From IMG/VR virus record IMGVR_UViG_2895192334_000003, positions 7,415 to 71,414 of that record: a DNA stretch of 64,000 nt. One strand, 5' to 3'. The translations under genes and the position numbers were made by a program. The stretch comes from a virus (Duplodnaviria > Caudoviricetes). Positions 36,677 to 45,916 of this stretch are shown here, piece by piece. The notes below the pieces were generated by a model. That model saw only the letters and a list, made by a program, of their open reading frames with translations, made no database searches and was not told where the DNA came from. Position 1 is the stretch's first letter, and each line of letters begins with the position of its first letter.

Positions 36677-37330
36677 ATGCAAGATAGATATAATATGACA
36701 CAAAAAGAAAATCTATATCTTGCAAAAAGAAATATTGTAGATTCTATCTGGAGAAGTGCTAACCTAGAGGGTATTAATATCACTTTTCCAGATACTTATG
36801 ATATAGTTAATAAGCTAAAAGTTAAAAATGCAGATATTTCAGAAATTAACACAATACTGAACTTAAAACATGGTTGGCAGGAAGTATTTGCAAGTTATGA
36901 TGAAGATTTAACGCTTGACTATATTTGCAACATTCATAAAGAGGTTGCAAAAGATGAAGCTTTAGAGTGGGGCAAGTTAAGAACTGGAAAGGTAGGTATA
37001 AGCGGAACAAATTATATTCCACCAATACCAGACGAAAAGGAAATAACAAAGAAATTGAAAGAGTTAAAAAAGATAGAGCCTAATACATTGAGATCAATAA
37101 AAATCATGCTTTATCTTATGAAAGCTCAATTATTTTGGGATGGCAATAAAAGAACAGCAATGTTAATAGCAAATAAGGAGATGATTCAAAAAGGCAATGG
37201 AATAATATCTATATCAGTAGATAAAATTAATGAATTTAATACACTCTTAAATAGATATTATTCATATGATGAAGAAGAAAATTTAATCAATTTTATTTAC
37301 AATTATGCAATAAGTGGAATTGATAAATAA
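36677..37330 (+). CDS. Fic-family protein
   Basis: QLFWDGNKRTA variant of the Fic HPFxDGNGR motif; GKLRTGKVGISG flap. Confidence 0.85.
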   Translation: MQDRYNMTQKENLYLAKRNIVDSIWRSANLEGINITFPDTYDIVNKLKVKNADISEINTILNLKHGWQEVFASYDEDLTLDYICNIHKEVAKDEALEWGKLRTGKVGISGTNYIPPIPDEKEITKKLKELKKIEPNTLRSIKIMLYLMKAQLFWDGNKRTAMLIANKEMIQKGNGIISISVDKINEFNTLLNRYYSYDEEENLINFIYNYAISGIDK

Positions 37331-37347
37331 TAAAAAATATAAGTTGT

Positions 37348-37378
37348 AAAGGTCATTGCAAAAGCAATGGCTTTTTTT
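37348..37378 (+). terminator. Intrinsic terminator
   Basis: GGTCATTGC-AAAA-GCAATGGCT followed by a T run. Confidence 0.8.
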
Positions 37379-37409
37379 AATGCAAAAAAACATATTAAGG
37401 AGATGTTAA

Positions 37410-37703
37410 ATGAAAAATCATAATATTACATTAGAAAAATTAGTGCGAGAATATGAAAGGCGAGGAAGTGATTATTTTAAAAAAGATACATTAAAGTTTT
37501 ATGGTGAGAAATTAAAGGAGATGAAGATAAAAGATGAAATAAGAGAAATAAGGGACAGAAAAGGAAATTTACACAAATGTATTGTATTACAAAAAATCAG
37601 TACGGGAATGTTTGGCGATAAATACCTTGATTATGATTATTTTGATATGGATACATTGGATAGAATGAGTGATTTAATACCAGAGGCAGAATACATTGTT
37701 TAA
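37410..37703 (+). CDS. Hypothetical protein
   Basis: AAGGAG RBS; 97 aa. Confidence 0.7.
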   Translation: MKNHNITLEKLVREYERRGSDYFKKDTLKFYGEKLKEMKIKDEIREIRDRKGNLHKCIVLQKISTGMFGDKYLDYDYFDMDTLDRMSDLIPEAEYIV

Positions 37704-37722
37704 AAAATGAAAGGAGTAAAAA

Positions 37723-38199
37723 ATGGAATATAAGAATTTTAAAAAAGAAATTAACAAAATGGGATTGGAATCAACAATAGATGAAAATTGTGTTTGTATT
37801 TTTAATGATAGGCTTGTTTGTTCAATTAGTGAAAAAATAGTAGGAGTGTTAAGCACAGAATATGAAAACTTTTATAGTTTACCCGTATCAATACGTAAAC
37901 AGTTAATTGATACAGCCTATGTATACGCAATAACAGATCTTAATTTAAGACATATTAAAAGATTTTGTTTATAACACAAATATTTAACTAATAATGCAGG
38001 ATACGCTTTTTTAAATGTTAGTGAAGATTATAAAAAATGCTCATTAGGATCAAACAGAGAATACAAAAATAAAAGAAACAAGGTGTTTTTTACTGGCAAT
38101 GAAATAGACATTTTGAAATTTACGCTTAATACAACTTTAAATGATTTTACGATTATCGAACAAAAAGAAACAACAAGAGGAACAAAAACAATTAATTAA
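37723..38199 (+). pseudogene. Hypothetical phage gene with an in-frame TAA at 37972
   Basis: After the stop the same frame continues HKYLTNNAGYAFLN...FFTGNEI...TIN to TAA 38197-38199, abutting the next start; N-half resembles ORF 62785. Confidence 0.65.
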
Positions 38200-38382
38200 T
38201 TGGAGTTTAAAGTGCAGATAACAAGTTGTTGCAAAAAATGTCAATATAGACAAGTAGGCTGTCATAGCGAATGTGATAGCTATAAAGCTTATAAAGAACA
38301 AATAGAAGCTATCAACAAAAAAAGAGAAGATTATAACTTTAAAATGAGAATAGAACATAAAACATATAGGAAATATATATGA
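38200..38382 (+). CDS. Small Cys-rich phage protein
   Basis: CKKCQYRQVGCHSECDSY. Confidence 0.65.
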   Translation: MEFKVQITSCCKKCQYRQVGCHSECDSYKAYKEQIEAINKKREDYNFKMRIEHKTYRKYI

Positions 38383-38392
38383 GGAGTTTAAA

Positions 38393-39472
38393 ATGATAAT
38401 TAATAATAATGAATTAAAACAAATGATAGATGTAGCAATGTTAGACAAAAATAGTTTGGAAACTGTAATAAATGTTAATGAAAAAGAAGTTGTATTCCTA
38501 TTGGGGAATGACTTAATTTACAGAATACAAAAAACACAAAAGATAGATATCCCAGTTGGAGAGTATGCTATCGGTTCAGGTAATTTGGTAAAAATTATAA
38601 AAAGTTTACCAAATGAAATGAGTAACATTAATATAGAGAATCAACAACTGATAATTAGCGATTCAAGTGGAGATATTAACACAATTTTAACTACTGGAGT
38701 AAAAATAAATATACCTAAAATAGAGAGAACTATTGCAGAAATTGATGTAAAAGAGCTCATAGAAGCATTAAAAGAAACAGATAGCTTTAGAAGTAAAGAC
38801 ACAAACGCACCAATGCTTATGGGAGTATGTTTACGTTACGATCATTGTAGCAATGAATTGTCAGTTGCTGCTATGGATGGATATAGAGTATATGTGCGAA
38901 ATATTGGCATAAAATGCAATGAAAAAGAAGATTTTGAATTAATTATTGATGATAAAACAGTAAAAAGATTAAAGAAAATTAAAGCAAAGCTAAAATTATG
39001 CATCAAAAAAGGTATATTAAGAACTGGGGAAAAATATTTTTTAACGACAAATAATATGATATTTTTAACGCCATTTATCGATGGAGAGTATTTCAATTAT
39101 GAAAATGTATTTCACAATGCAAAAGAAAATTACAAAACAAGTTACAACAACAAAGAGATTAAGACATTCATTAAATATTTTGAAAAATGTAATAAATTAT
39201 CAGAAAAGCGACCATTGATTGAAAGTTCTATAGAAAATTATAATCATAAATTAAGTTGTCAAGCGGGACTTGCAAACATTGAAAATAATAGTAAAAGTAA
39301 AGTAGAAAATAGGTTTACCATAGGATACAACGGGAAGTATATGTTAGAAGTTTTAAAATTATTTAATTACTCTGATAAAGTAGATGTACAAATGGAAGAT
39401 GAAATTCACCCGATAATATTTACTGATAATATTAAGACAATTTTACTTTTACCAATACAAATAAAAAAATAA
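38393..39472 (+). CDS. dnaN: DNA polymerase III beta-clamp-like protein
   Basis: 359 aa; GV.L...LSVAAMDGYR, IDGEYFNYENVF, IGYNGKYMLEVL, ILLLPI clamp patterns. Confidence 0.8.
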   Translation: MIINNNELKQMIDVAMLDKNSLETVINVNEKEVVFLLGNDLIYRIQKTQKIDIPVGEYAIGSGNLVKIIKSLPNEMSNINIENQQLIISDSSGDINTILTTGVKINIPKIERTIAEIDVKELIEALKETDSFRSKDTNAPMLMGVCLRYDHCSNELSVAAMDGYRVYVRNIGIKCNEKEDFELIIDDKTVKRLKKIKAKLKLCIKKGILRTGEKYFLTTNNMIFLTPFIDGEYFNYENVFHNAKENYKTSYNNKEIKTFIKYFEKCNKLSEKRPLIESSIENYNHKLSCQAGLANIENNSKSKVENRFTIGYNGKYMLEVLKLFNYSDKVDVQMEDEIHPIIFTDNIKTILLLPIQIKK

Positions 39473-39491
39473 AACAAAAATTCAAAAATAA

Positions 39492-39520
39492 TTGACAAGG
39501 GTAACGTGACAAAGTAAAAT
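39492..39520 (+). promoter_or_regulatory. SigmaA-type promoter
   Basis: TTGACA-17 bp-TAAAAT. Confidence 0.7.
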
Positions 39521-39557
39521 GATGTTTGAACAGATTTTTAAAAGAAAGGAGAACGAA

Positions 39558-39746
39558 ATGAAATTGCGTGTTAGTTTTGATGTGGATATTCCTAATGAGA
39601 AACTAGAACAAGCACTATTAGTTATGGGGTATAGGTCATTAATAGACCATGCCCGTAACTATTTAAACAAGACAGTAACGGAAGTGTTTCACAGACAAGA
39701 TAAGCAAGAAATATCCAATATTAAAATGAGTATTGTAAAGTTATAA
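39558..39746 (+). CDS. Hypothetical protein
   Basis: Start reassigned to the ATG after AAAGGAG. Confidence 0.6.
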   Translation: MKLRVSFDVDIPNEKLEQALLVMGYRSLIDHARNYLNKTVTEVFHRQDKQEISNIKMSIVKL

Positions 39747-39755
39747 GGGCGTAAG

Positions 39756-40019
39756 ATGAAATATACAATAAAAAATGATGACATGGTGCAAGATTTCCTG
39801 GATTTTAATTGTAAAGTTAAAATAATATTTTATAAAAGTGGAAAAGTTGAAATGTATCCGTTAAATTACAAAATTGAAGAAGATAAAAAAATATTAAACA
39901 TAATTAAAATAGCCAATATTAAAGATTATGGAGCAATAAAAGGACTCAAAATATATCAAGCTTTGCAAAATGAAATAATGATGAACAAAACAGATGAAGT
40001 GGAGGTCATTTTTAAATGA
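39756..40019 (+). CDS. Hypothetical protein
   Basis: ORF coupled to the next gene. Confidence 0.6.
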   Translation: MKYTIKNDDMVQDFLDFNCKVKIIFYKSGKVEMYPLNYKIEEDKKILNIIKIANIKDYGAIKGLKIYQALQNEIMMNKTDEVEVIFK

Positions 40020-40426
40020 ATGTGTTAGTAAATTATGATAGCTGGAAGTTGACAGATTGGAGAGAAGAGAGAGAGGAAACAATGAAAATAATGATAGATT
40101 ATCATTTAGAGCAAAAAATGATTGAAGAAGTAAAAAAAATAAATATAGCAAATTATTTTAGAAATTTTAAAGATAATTTAATAAAACAATATCAGTTTAA
40201 TAATTTAGAAATAGCTGAATTTAGCATTGTTGATGTTGAGGAAACAGAAGATTCTATGATATATACAATACAAGTAATATGGTCAAACATTGAAGAAATT
40301 GTATTAGATTCAGAAGAAGAAATTAAAGAATGTATACAAAAAGATATAAATAAATTGCTAGAAGATGATAGGACAATAATTGTGGATCATGAAATTGATT
40401 CAAAAGTAGAATATGAAGGAGTTTAG
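40016..40426 (+). CDS. Hypothetical acidic protein
   Basis: GGAGG RBS and ATGA overlap. Confidence 0.65.
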   Translation: MNVLVNYDSWKLTDWREEREETMKIMIDYHLEQKMIEEVKKINIANYFRNFKDNLIKQYQFNNLEIAEFSIVDVEETEDSMIYTIQVIWSNIEEIVLDSEEEIKECIQKDINKLLEDDRTIIVDHEIDSKVEYEGV

Positions 40427-40428
40427 TT

Positions 40429-40605
40429 ATGAAAATAAGAAAATGGAAATTATACACAGCAAATAATGAATTTATTGTAAATTTAAAAATATTTTTTAAA
40501 TCAACACTTATAATAGCAGGAGTAACGATATTATTATTAACAATATTGTTAATGATCGCAATATATGGACATAATATATTTAATGTACTAATGCAAGTAC
40601 TATAA
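40429..40605 (+). CDS. 58-aa membrane protein (not in ORF track)
   Basis: AAGGAG RBS; hydrophobic LIIAGVTILLLTILLMIAIY segment. Confidence 0.55.
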   Translation: MKIRKWKLYTANNEFIVNLKIFFKSTLIIAGVTILLLTILLMIAIYGHNIFNVLMQVL

Positions 40606-40622
40606 ATACACTAAAAAACACA

Positions 40623-40744
40623 CAAATCAATTTTAAAACGCTTAAAGATATCACAATGACGTTTTTAATATTAAGGCACATTATTTATCTAATAAAAATT
40701 AAAAACGTAACCTAGAGGTATCCTCGATTGTTAAGATTGATATT
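40623..40744. repeat. Inverted pair of the 43-bp element
   Basis: 40623-40665 (minus: AAAACG-...-N12-GATTTG) and 40702-40744 (plus: AAAACG-...-N12-GATATT) around a 36-bp AT spacer. Confidence 0.6.
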
Positions 40745-41183
40745 TGAGTGGGAAAATGTTTTCAAAAGTGTATAACATTTTAGAGGAGTTCGAGTTGTTG
40801 AATGTGGAATGTAAAAAATAACACACTCTGGAGAGCAATAAAAGATTAAGTCATAAATAAATAAGCACTCAATATAGATCCATAGTAAACAAGAGTGTTT
40901 GTTTAATAAAAATAGATACCTAATCTAATATTGCATCTCCAAAAGAAGATGTTCACGTAATATTGTTGTGCAATACTACAATATTATTATAACATATAAT
41001 TTCACAATTGGCGATGCAGAAGAGTTGTAGTTTATAACTGATTTAATCATTGGATATGGTATATAAAAATAATAAAGTAAATTTTACCATAAACAAAAAA
41101 ATAATATGTGTTAAAGTATATTTTACTATCTTAAAAATAAAAATGAGTATAGAAAAATAACTTATAAATTATAGGAGAATAAA

Positions 41184-41447
41184 ATGGAAAAGGAATATTA
41201 TATAAATATACCAAGTCAAATAATAGAAAATAAGAATTTAAGTTCTAGTTCAAAATTGCTGTATGGAGAGTTAATAAGATTAAGTACAAAGGAGGGATAT
41301 TGTTTTGCTAGCAATAAATATTTGGGAGAATTAGTCAATAAAAAAGAAAGAACAATACAAAAATTATTAAAAGAACTCAAAGAAAGTAATTTAATAAAAA
41401 TATATATAGAGAATATAAACCAGAGGAAAATATATATTCAGAATTAG
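41184..41447 (+). CDS. Winged-HTH protein resembling the N-terminus of phage replisome organisers
   Basis: LSSSSKLLYGEL..L....GYCFASNKYL.......ERTIQKLLKEL signature; only 87 aa. Confidence 0.8.
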   Translation: MEKEYYINIPSQIIENKNLSSSSKLLYGELIRLSTKEGYCFASNKYLGELVNKKERTIQKLLKELKESNLIKIYIENINQRKIYIQN

Positions 41448-41449
41448 TT

Positions 41450-41625
41450 TTTTCTTATAATCTTTTTATTATATTCTTTTTATTATATCTTTTATATTAT
41501 ACTTTTATATTATATGGTGCAAATTTTTGCGTAACTTGACGCAAGAAAGTTCGTAACTTGACGCATAAAAATTCGTAACACTTATGTATATTTTTGCACC
41601 ACCCTATGTATAAAAGTTCGTAACT
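41450..41625. repeat. Candidate replication origin: AT-rich repeats plus 22-bp-period iterons
   Basis: CGTAAC(TTGACGCA) at 41530, 41552, 41574 and 41619; TTTTAT(A)TTATA-type repeats at 41450-41515. Confidence 0.65.
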
Positions 41626-41655
41626 AAGTTTACAATAAAGAAAGGAAAGTGAACA

Positions 41656-42003
41656 ATGCACAAATGGATTGAAAGTGAATTATTTAATTTCATTTTAAAC
41701 TATTATGAAAAAACAAAAAAATTGCCAAAAGTATTTTTATCTGGAGCAATTACTGAAAGAATTACCACCTATAAAAAATATTTTAGAGAAGCAGAACAAC
41801 TATTTGAAGAAATAGGGGTGGAAGTATATAACCCAAGCGAGATTGACGTAAAAACACCATGGGACGACGCAATGGAAAAAACGATTTCAGAATTAAGTTC
41901 GTGTGATTTTATGTACATTTTAAAAAATTGGGAAAACTCAAAAGGTGTAAAAATAGAGATTGACAAGGCGAAAGAATTAAACATACCAGTATTTTGTCAA
42001 TAG
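41656..42003 (+). CDS. DUF4406 / nucleoside-deoxyribosyltransferase-fold protein
   Basis: VFLSGAIT...YNP...CD.MY.L.NWENSKG..IE..KA signature. Confidence 0.75.
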   Translation: MHKWIESELFNFILNYYEKTKKLPKVFLSGAITERITTYKKYFREAEQLFEEIGVEVYNPSEIDVKTPWDDAMEKTISELSSCDFMYILKNWENSKGVKIEIDKAKELNIPVFCQ

Positions 42004-42037
42004 CAAAAAAAGTTTATGAATTTTTAAAAGAAAACGC

Positions 42038-42066
42038 TTGCATAAAATAAAAATTAGTGTTATTAT
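42038..42066 (+). promoter_or_regulatory. SigmaA-type promoter of the ssb operon
   Basis: TTGCAT-17 bp-TATTAT with an extended TG. Confidence 0.7.
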
Positions 42067-42087
42067 AAGGACACAAAAGAAAAAGGA

Positions 42088-42816
42088 GTGATTAATATTA
42101 AACCACAATTTGAAACAAGATTCCTAGCAACGGGAACGCTTGACAAGGTAGAAAGAGTAGAATACGCCGATGGCACAAAGGAACTTTTAAAGCTGACTTT
42201 AAAAGCTGGAGAAGATTATTTCACATATACCATCTTTAACACAAAAAAAGAGCCACAGAGAGTAAGAGGTATGATGACAAAATTAAGAAAAGGTGATTTT
42301 CTTAAAGCAAGTGGCATAGTTTCAAACAACGAATATGAAGATAAAGAGGGGAATATAAGAAAAACACAAAATTATACAGCCTTTTACACAGAACATATTG
42401 ACGAAATAGGATCTCCGAGAGTTTTTATAACTATTGCAGGCATATTGACTAAAAAAGTGGATAAAGAAGATTTAGGCGGTAAAGAAATTACCATCAGGGT
42501 TTTTGATGACTACAGAGAAGTTAATGATTTGTACACTATGTCTGTTGATGAAAAAATGGGAGATTTTTTTGAAGATGTCAACGAGGGCGACAATATTTCA
42601 GTAACAGCCGAATATATAAATAGAGCAGTTGCAGAAATAAAAACAGATAACATTAAGTCCTATGGAGCTAGTGTTGAGGGTATTGCTCCAGCAGGTATTG
42701 CAAGAAAATTCAAAAACAAAGTCAATGTCATTCAAGGATATATTCTTGCAGAAGAATCAGAAATTGACGAAGAAGAAACATTTTTCGAGATAGACAATGA
42801 CGATATTCCATTTTAA
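42088..42816 (+). CDS. ssb: Single-stranded DNA-binding protein (tandem OB)
   Basis: Two OB-like halves (LRKGDFLKASG; NEGDNISV); acidic tail ending DNDDIPF. Confidence 0.75.
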   Translation: MINIKPQFETRFLATGTLDKVERVEYADGTKELLKLTLKAGEDYFTYTIFNTKKEPQRVRGMMTKLRKGDFLKASGIVSNNEYEDKEGNIRKTQNYTAFYTEHIDEIGSPRVFITIAGILTKKVDKEDLGGKEITIRVFDDYREVNDLYTMSVDEKMGDFFEDVNEGDNISVTAEYINRAVAEIKTDNIKSYGASVEGIAPAGIARKFKNKVNVIQGYILAEESEIDEEETFFEIDNDDIPF

Positions 42817-42828
42817 TGAGGAGGCTAC

Positions 42829-43041
42829 ATGGACAAAGTATTAACAGAAAAATATAATCGTGGCAGACGTTTAATAAAAGAATTAAATGAGGTTTTAGAT
42901 AGGTATCAAAAATTACAATTCTATATAGATACAGATCAAGAAACAGACAAAGCAACAAAGATAGTTTTAGAAACACAAGCTCGCATAATGAGAGAATATA
43001 TAAACATATTAACAAAAAGATTGGAAAACACAGAATATTAA
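42829..43041 (+). CDS. Small helical phage protein (crAss001_48-like)
   Basis: RYQKLQFYI...QARIMREYINILTKRL pattern. Confidence 0.55.
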   Translation: MDKVLTEKYNRGRRLIKELNEVLDRYQKLQFYIDTDQETDKATKIVLETQARIMREYINILTKRLENTEY

Positions 43042-43059
43042 AAAAAGGAGAAAAAAAGA

Positions 43060-43338
43060 ATGAATAAAGCACAATTAATTAAAAATATCGCAGAAACAAC
43101 AAAATTAAAGCCAGCAAAGGCAAAAGAAGCATTAGAAGCAACGCTTACTACTATTGGAGATGCACTAGCAAGTGGAGATAAAGTGAAAATTGTCGGATTT
43201 GGGACTTTTGAATCAAAACCAACAAAGGAAAGAATGGGAGTAAATCCACAAAATCCAACAGAAAAAATCGTCATTCCTGCAAGAAATAAGGTATCTTTTA
43301 AGCCAAGTAGTAACCTAAAAGAAATTATCAATGGATAA
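43060..43338 (+). CDS. hup: HU-like DNA-binding protein
   Basis: MNKAQLI...GDKVKIVGFGTFE...GVNPQ....IPA...FKPS. Confidence 0.92.
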   Translation: MNKAQLIKNIAETTKLKPAKAKEALEATLTTIGDALASGDKVKIVGFGTFESKPTKERMGVNPQNPTEKIVIPARNKVSFKPSSNLKEIING

Positions 43339-43347
43339 GGAGAACAA

Positions 43348-45432
43348 ATGGATTTATTAAATATACAAAAGCGAAAGCCTATTGTGGATTTAAACCAATA
43401 TAATTTTACAATATACGGCAGTGCGGGTGTTGGAAAGGCTCTTAGAAACGGCACACCAGTCCTAACAACAGAGGGCTGGATAGCCATTGAAGACCTCATT
43501 CCAAACAAAGATAAGGTTATTGGAAGTGACGGACAAGCCTATGATTTATTAGGTGTTTTCCCACAAGGTAAAAGACAGCTTTATAGAGTAAAGTTTTCAG
43601 ATGGTGCTTGGGTTGATGCTGATGGAGACCATATTTGGACACACTATAGAAGAAAATATCCTGACACAAAAAACCCAAGAAAACCACTAACATTTGATTT
43701 AACAACAAAAGAACTAAAAGAAGATTTAGACCAAAACTACATGAAGACATCAACGTTCCCTACAATCGAGAACTATGATGGCATACACAAGCACTTGCCA
43801 ATTCACCCATATTTATTGGGAGCACTTATTGCTGATGGATATTTGTCTGGGAATAATATTCAGTGGACTAAATCATACGAAAATGAGCCGAGAGTTTGTG
43901 CTTATGTGCACGGTCTAGTAGAATCTGATGAAATTAAAATGTCCATGAGAAAATCCAATAACACAAGAAATACAGATTGGGTTTCATGGCAACATTCAAT
44001 AGCTACCAATAAAGGCTATGGACAGCATAATCAAATTAAAGATAGATTGGAAATGTTGGGATTGCTTAACAAAAAAAGCAAAGAAAAATTCATTCCAGAA
44101 ATTTATAAATTAGCTACCAAAAAACAAAGACTAGCACTTATTAATGGACTGTTTGATGGTGATGGTACAGTTAGAACAGATAGACCAACTTGCAAATACG
44201 CAACAACGTCTAAACAACTTGCAAGCGATGTCCTAGAAGTGCTTTGGTCTTTAGGCATTAACGCTCATATAAAGTATATGAAAGGCGACAATTGTTATGC
44301 AGTCGTGATTTGGGATAAAGAATTTAACCCATTTAGATTTTCTACAAATAAAGAAAAAAGAGAATTAGCTGGCGTAAAGAGTTGGTCTAATAGAAGAAAA
44401 GTTGAATCTATTACAAAAGTAGACGTTGATGAAGCAACTTGTATATCAGTAGCGTCACCAGACAAGCTTTTTATCACAAAAGATTATATTGTAACTCATA
44501 ATACATCGTTTTGTTCTTATTTCTTTGATGAACCATTATTCCTAGCTTGGGAGCAAGGACAAAATGCACTTGAAGCATATGTTCAAGATATGTACACTTG
44601 GAAAGACTTTTTAGAGTTTGTCAAAGAGCTTAAAAAAATTCACAAAGAGGGCAAAACTACACCATTTAAGAATGTAATAGTCGATACAGTCGACATTATG
44701 AGGACAAAATGCGAAGAATATGTGTGCCGAATGAATGGCTGGGATAGTCCCGCAGATGGTAATTATGGTGCTGGCTGGGCGGCAATTACAAGAGAATTTG
44801 AGAAGAGAATCGGAGAAGTTAGAGCTTGCGGTTTAAAAGTCCACTTTATAGCACATGACAAAGTACAAAGAATAGAACGAAAAGATATGGCTTATGACAA
44901 AATAACACTTCAATTAGGCTCAACCGCTATTAATGAAGTTATTAAAAAAGTAGATTTTATTCTTTATTTTGACAAAGAGTATGAAAAAAACAACGATGGA
45001 GATACAATAGCAAAAAGAGTTGTCAGATTTCATGGTGGAGAAAATTACGAAGCTAAAACAAGAATTTCAGGCTTCCCAGAATTTATATATGCAGGCAATA
45101 GTGCTAAAGAAACAGCTCAATTGGTCAAAAAGTTATTTGAAGAAAAAGCAGAAGCTCTATTAGAATATGATTCTCCTAGAGAGGAAGCAGAAAAAGAAGA
45201 TACACCAGTCCAAGAAGAAAAAAAGCAGAGAAGTTCTGACATCAAGGAAATCGTTACCAAAAAAATGATTTCTGAATTAACGCAAATTGGGAAACAAAAA
45301 TTAAAAGAAAAGAAAGCTACGCTAGATGATATTACAAAAATCATCAAGGAAAATACAAGTGTTGAGTTAATGAGTGAGATTAAAGATATTGAAGAATTTA
45401 ACAAGGTAAAGGCACTTGTCGAAGCTCTTTAA
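43348..45432 (+). CDS. Sak4-like AAA ssDNA-annealing ATPase containing an intein (339 aa after splicing)
   Basis: Walker A GSAGVGK/TS is rejoined on intein removal; Walker B VIVDTVD; lies next to ssb. Confidence 0.8.
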   Translation: MDLLNIQKRKPIVDLNQYNFTIYGSAGVGKALRNGTPVLTTEGWIAIEDLIPNKDKVIGSDGQAYDLLGVFPQGKRQLYRVKFSDGAWVDADGDHIWTHYRRKYPDTKNPRKPLTFDLTTKELKEDLDQNYMKTSTFPTIENYDGIHKHLPIHPYLLGALIADGYLSGNNIQWTKSYENEPRVCAYVHGLVESDEIKMSMRKSNNTRNTDWVSWQHSIATNKGYGQHNQIKDRLEMLGLLNKKSKEKFIPEIYKLATKKQRLALINGLFDGDGTVRTDRPTCKYATTSKQLASDVLEVLWSLGINAHIKYMKGDNCYAVVIWDKEFNPFRFSTNKEKRELAGVKSWSNRRKVESITKVDVDEATCISVASPDKLFITKDYIVTHNTSFCSYFFDEPLFLAWEQGQNALEAYVQDMYTWKDFLEFVKELKKIHKEGKTTPFKNVIVDTVDIMRTKCEEYVCRMNGWDSPADGNYGAGWAAITREFEKRIGEVRACGLKVHFIAHDKVQRIERKDMAYDKITLQLGSTAINEVIKKVDFILYFDKEYEKNNDGDTIAKRVVRFHGGENYEAKTRISGFPEFIYAGNSAKETAQLVKKLFEEKAEALLEYDSPREEAEKEDTPVQEEKKQRSSDIKEIVTKKMISELTQIGKQKLKEKKATLDDITKIIKENTSVELMSEIKDIEEFNKVKALVEAL
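43438..44502 (+). mobile_element. Class 3 intein (355 aa) with LAGLIDADG homing endonuclease
   Basis: Starts with Ala (ALRNG); block B DGDHIW (Trp), block F TCISV (Cys), block G VTHN (Thr) form the WCT triplet; +1 Thr; LLGALIADG and LINGLFDGDG motifs. Confidence 0.9.
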
Positions 45433-45916
45433 ATATGAAAAGTCATATTTTAATAAAGAACAATTTTTTATTCGCCCATTAACAATAACATTTTACAAAA
45501 ATGATGAAAAAATTCTGAGGATAAGAGATGTAACTCATTTTTTATCCTTAGAAAATACATTATACCTATTTGGCGTTGGCTTTAAAGCAGAATCAGGAAA
45601 GTATATTGTAACAAAAGATGAGTTTGACTATTCAATATGTGAACTTAATTATGATTATAATTATCAGTTTTGTAAAAATCTAGTGAGAGATTTAAAAGTT
45701 GGTAGAACTGGCAAGCATTTAGGTAAGAGAATTGCAAAAACTTTTGATAATTATAGTATTGACTTTTTACCTTATAGATTTAGGGATTGGGTAGCATTTA
45801 TCTTAAAGCATTACAATTATGAGAGATATTATTTAGAAGAGATTTTAGACTTAGATGAAACAAGTTCAAGCTATTTAACTATAACAATGAAACTAAAAGA
45901 AAGGAATACAATATGA
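45416..45916 (+). CDS. Hypothetical protein
   Basis: 166-aa ORF coupled to the flanking genes. Confidence 0.55.
   Translation: MSKLFKYEKSYFNKEQFFIRPLTITFYKNDEKILRIRDVTHFLSLENTLYLFGVGFKAESGKYIVTKDEFDYSICELNYDYNYQFCKNLVRDLKVGRTGKHLGKRIAKTFDNYSIDFLPYRFRDWVAFILKHYNYERYYLEEILDLDETSSSYLTITMKLKERNTI

Noticed and set aside
40795-40820. GTGGAATGTAAA resembling a type I-B repeat 3' end
   Set aside because: Only about 12 nt, single copy, and plausible by chance in AT-rich DNA.
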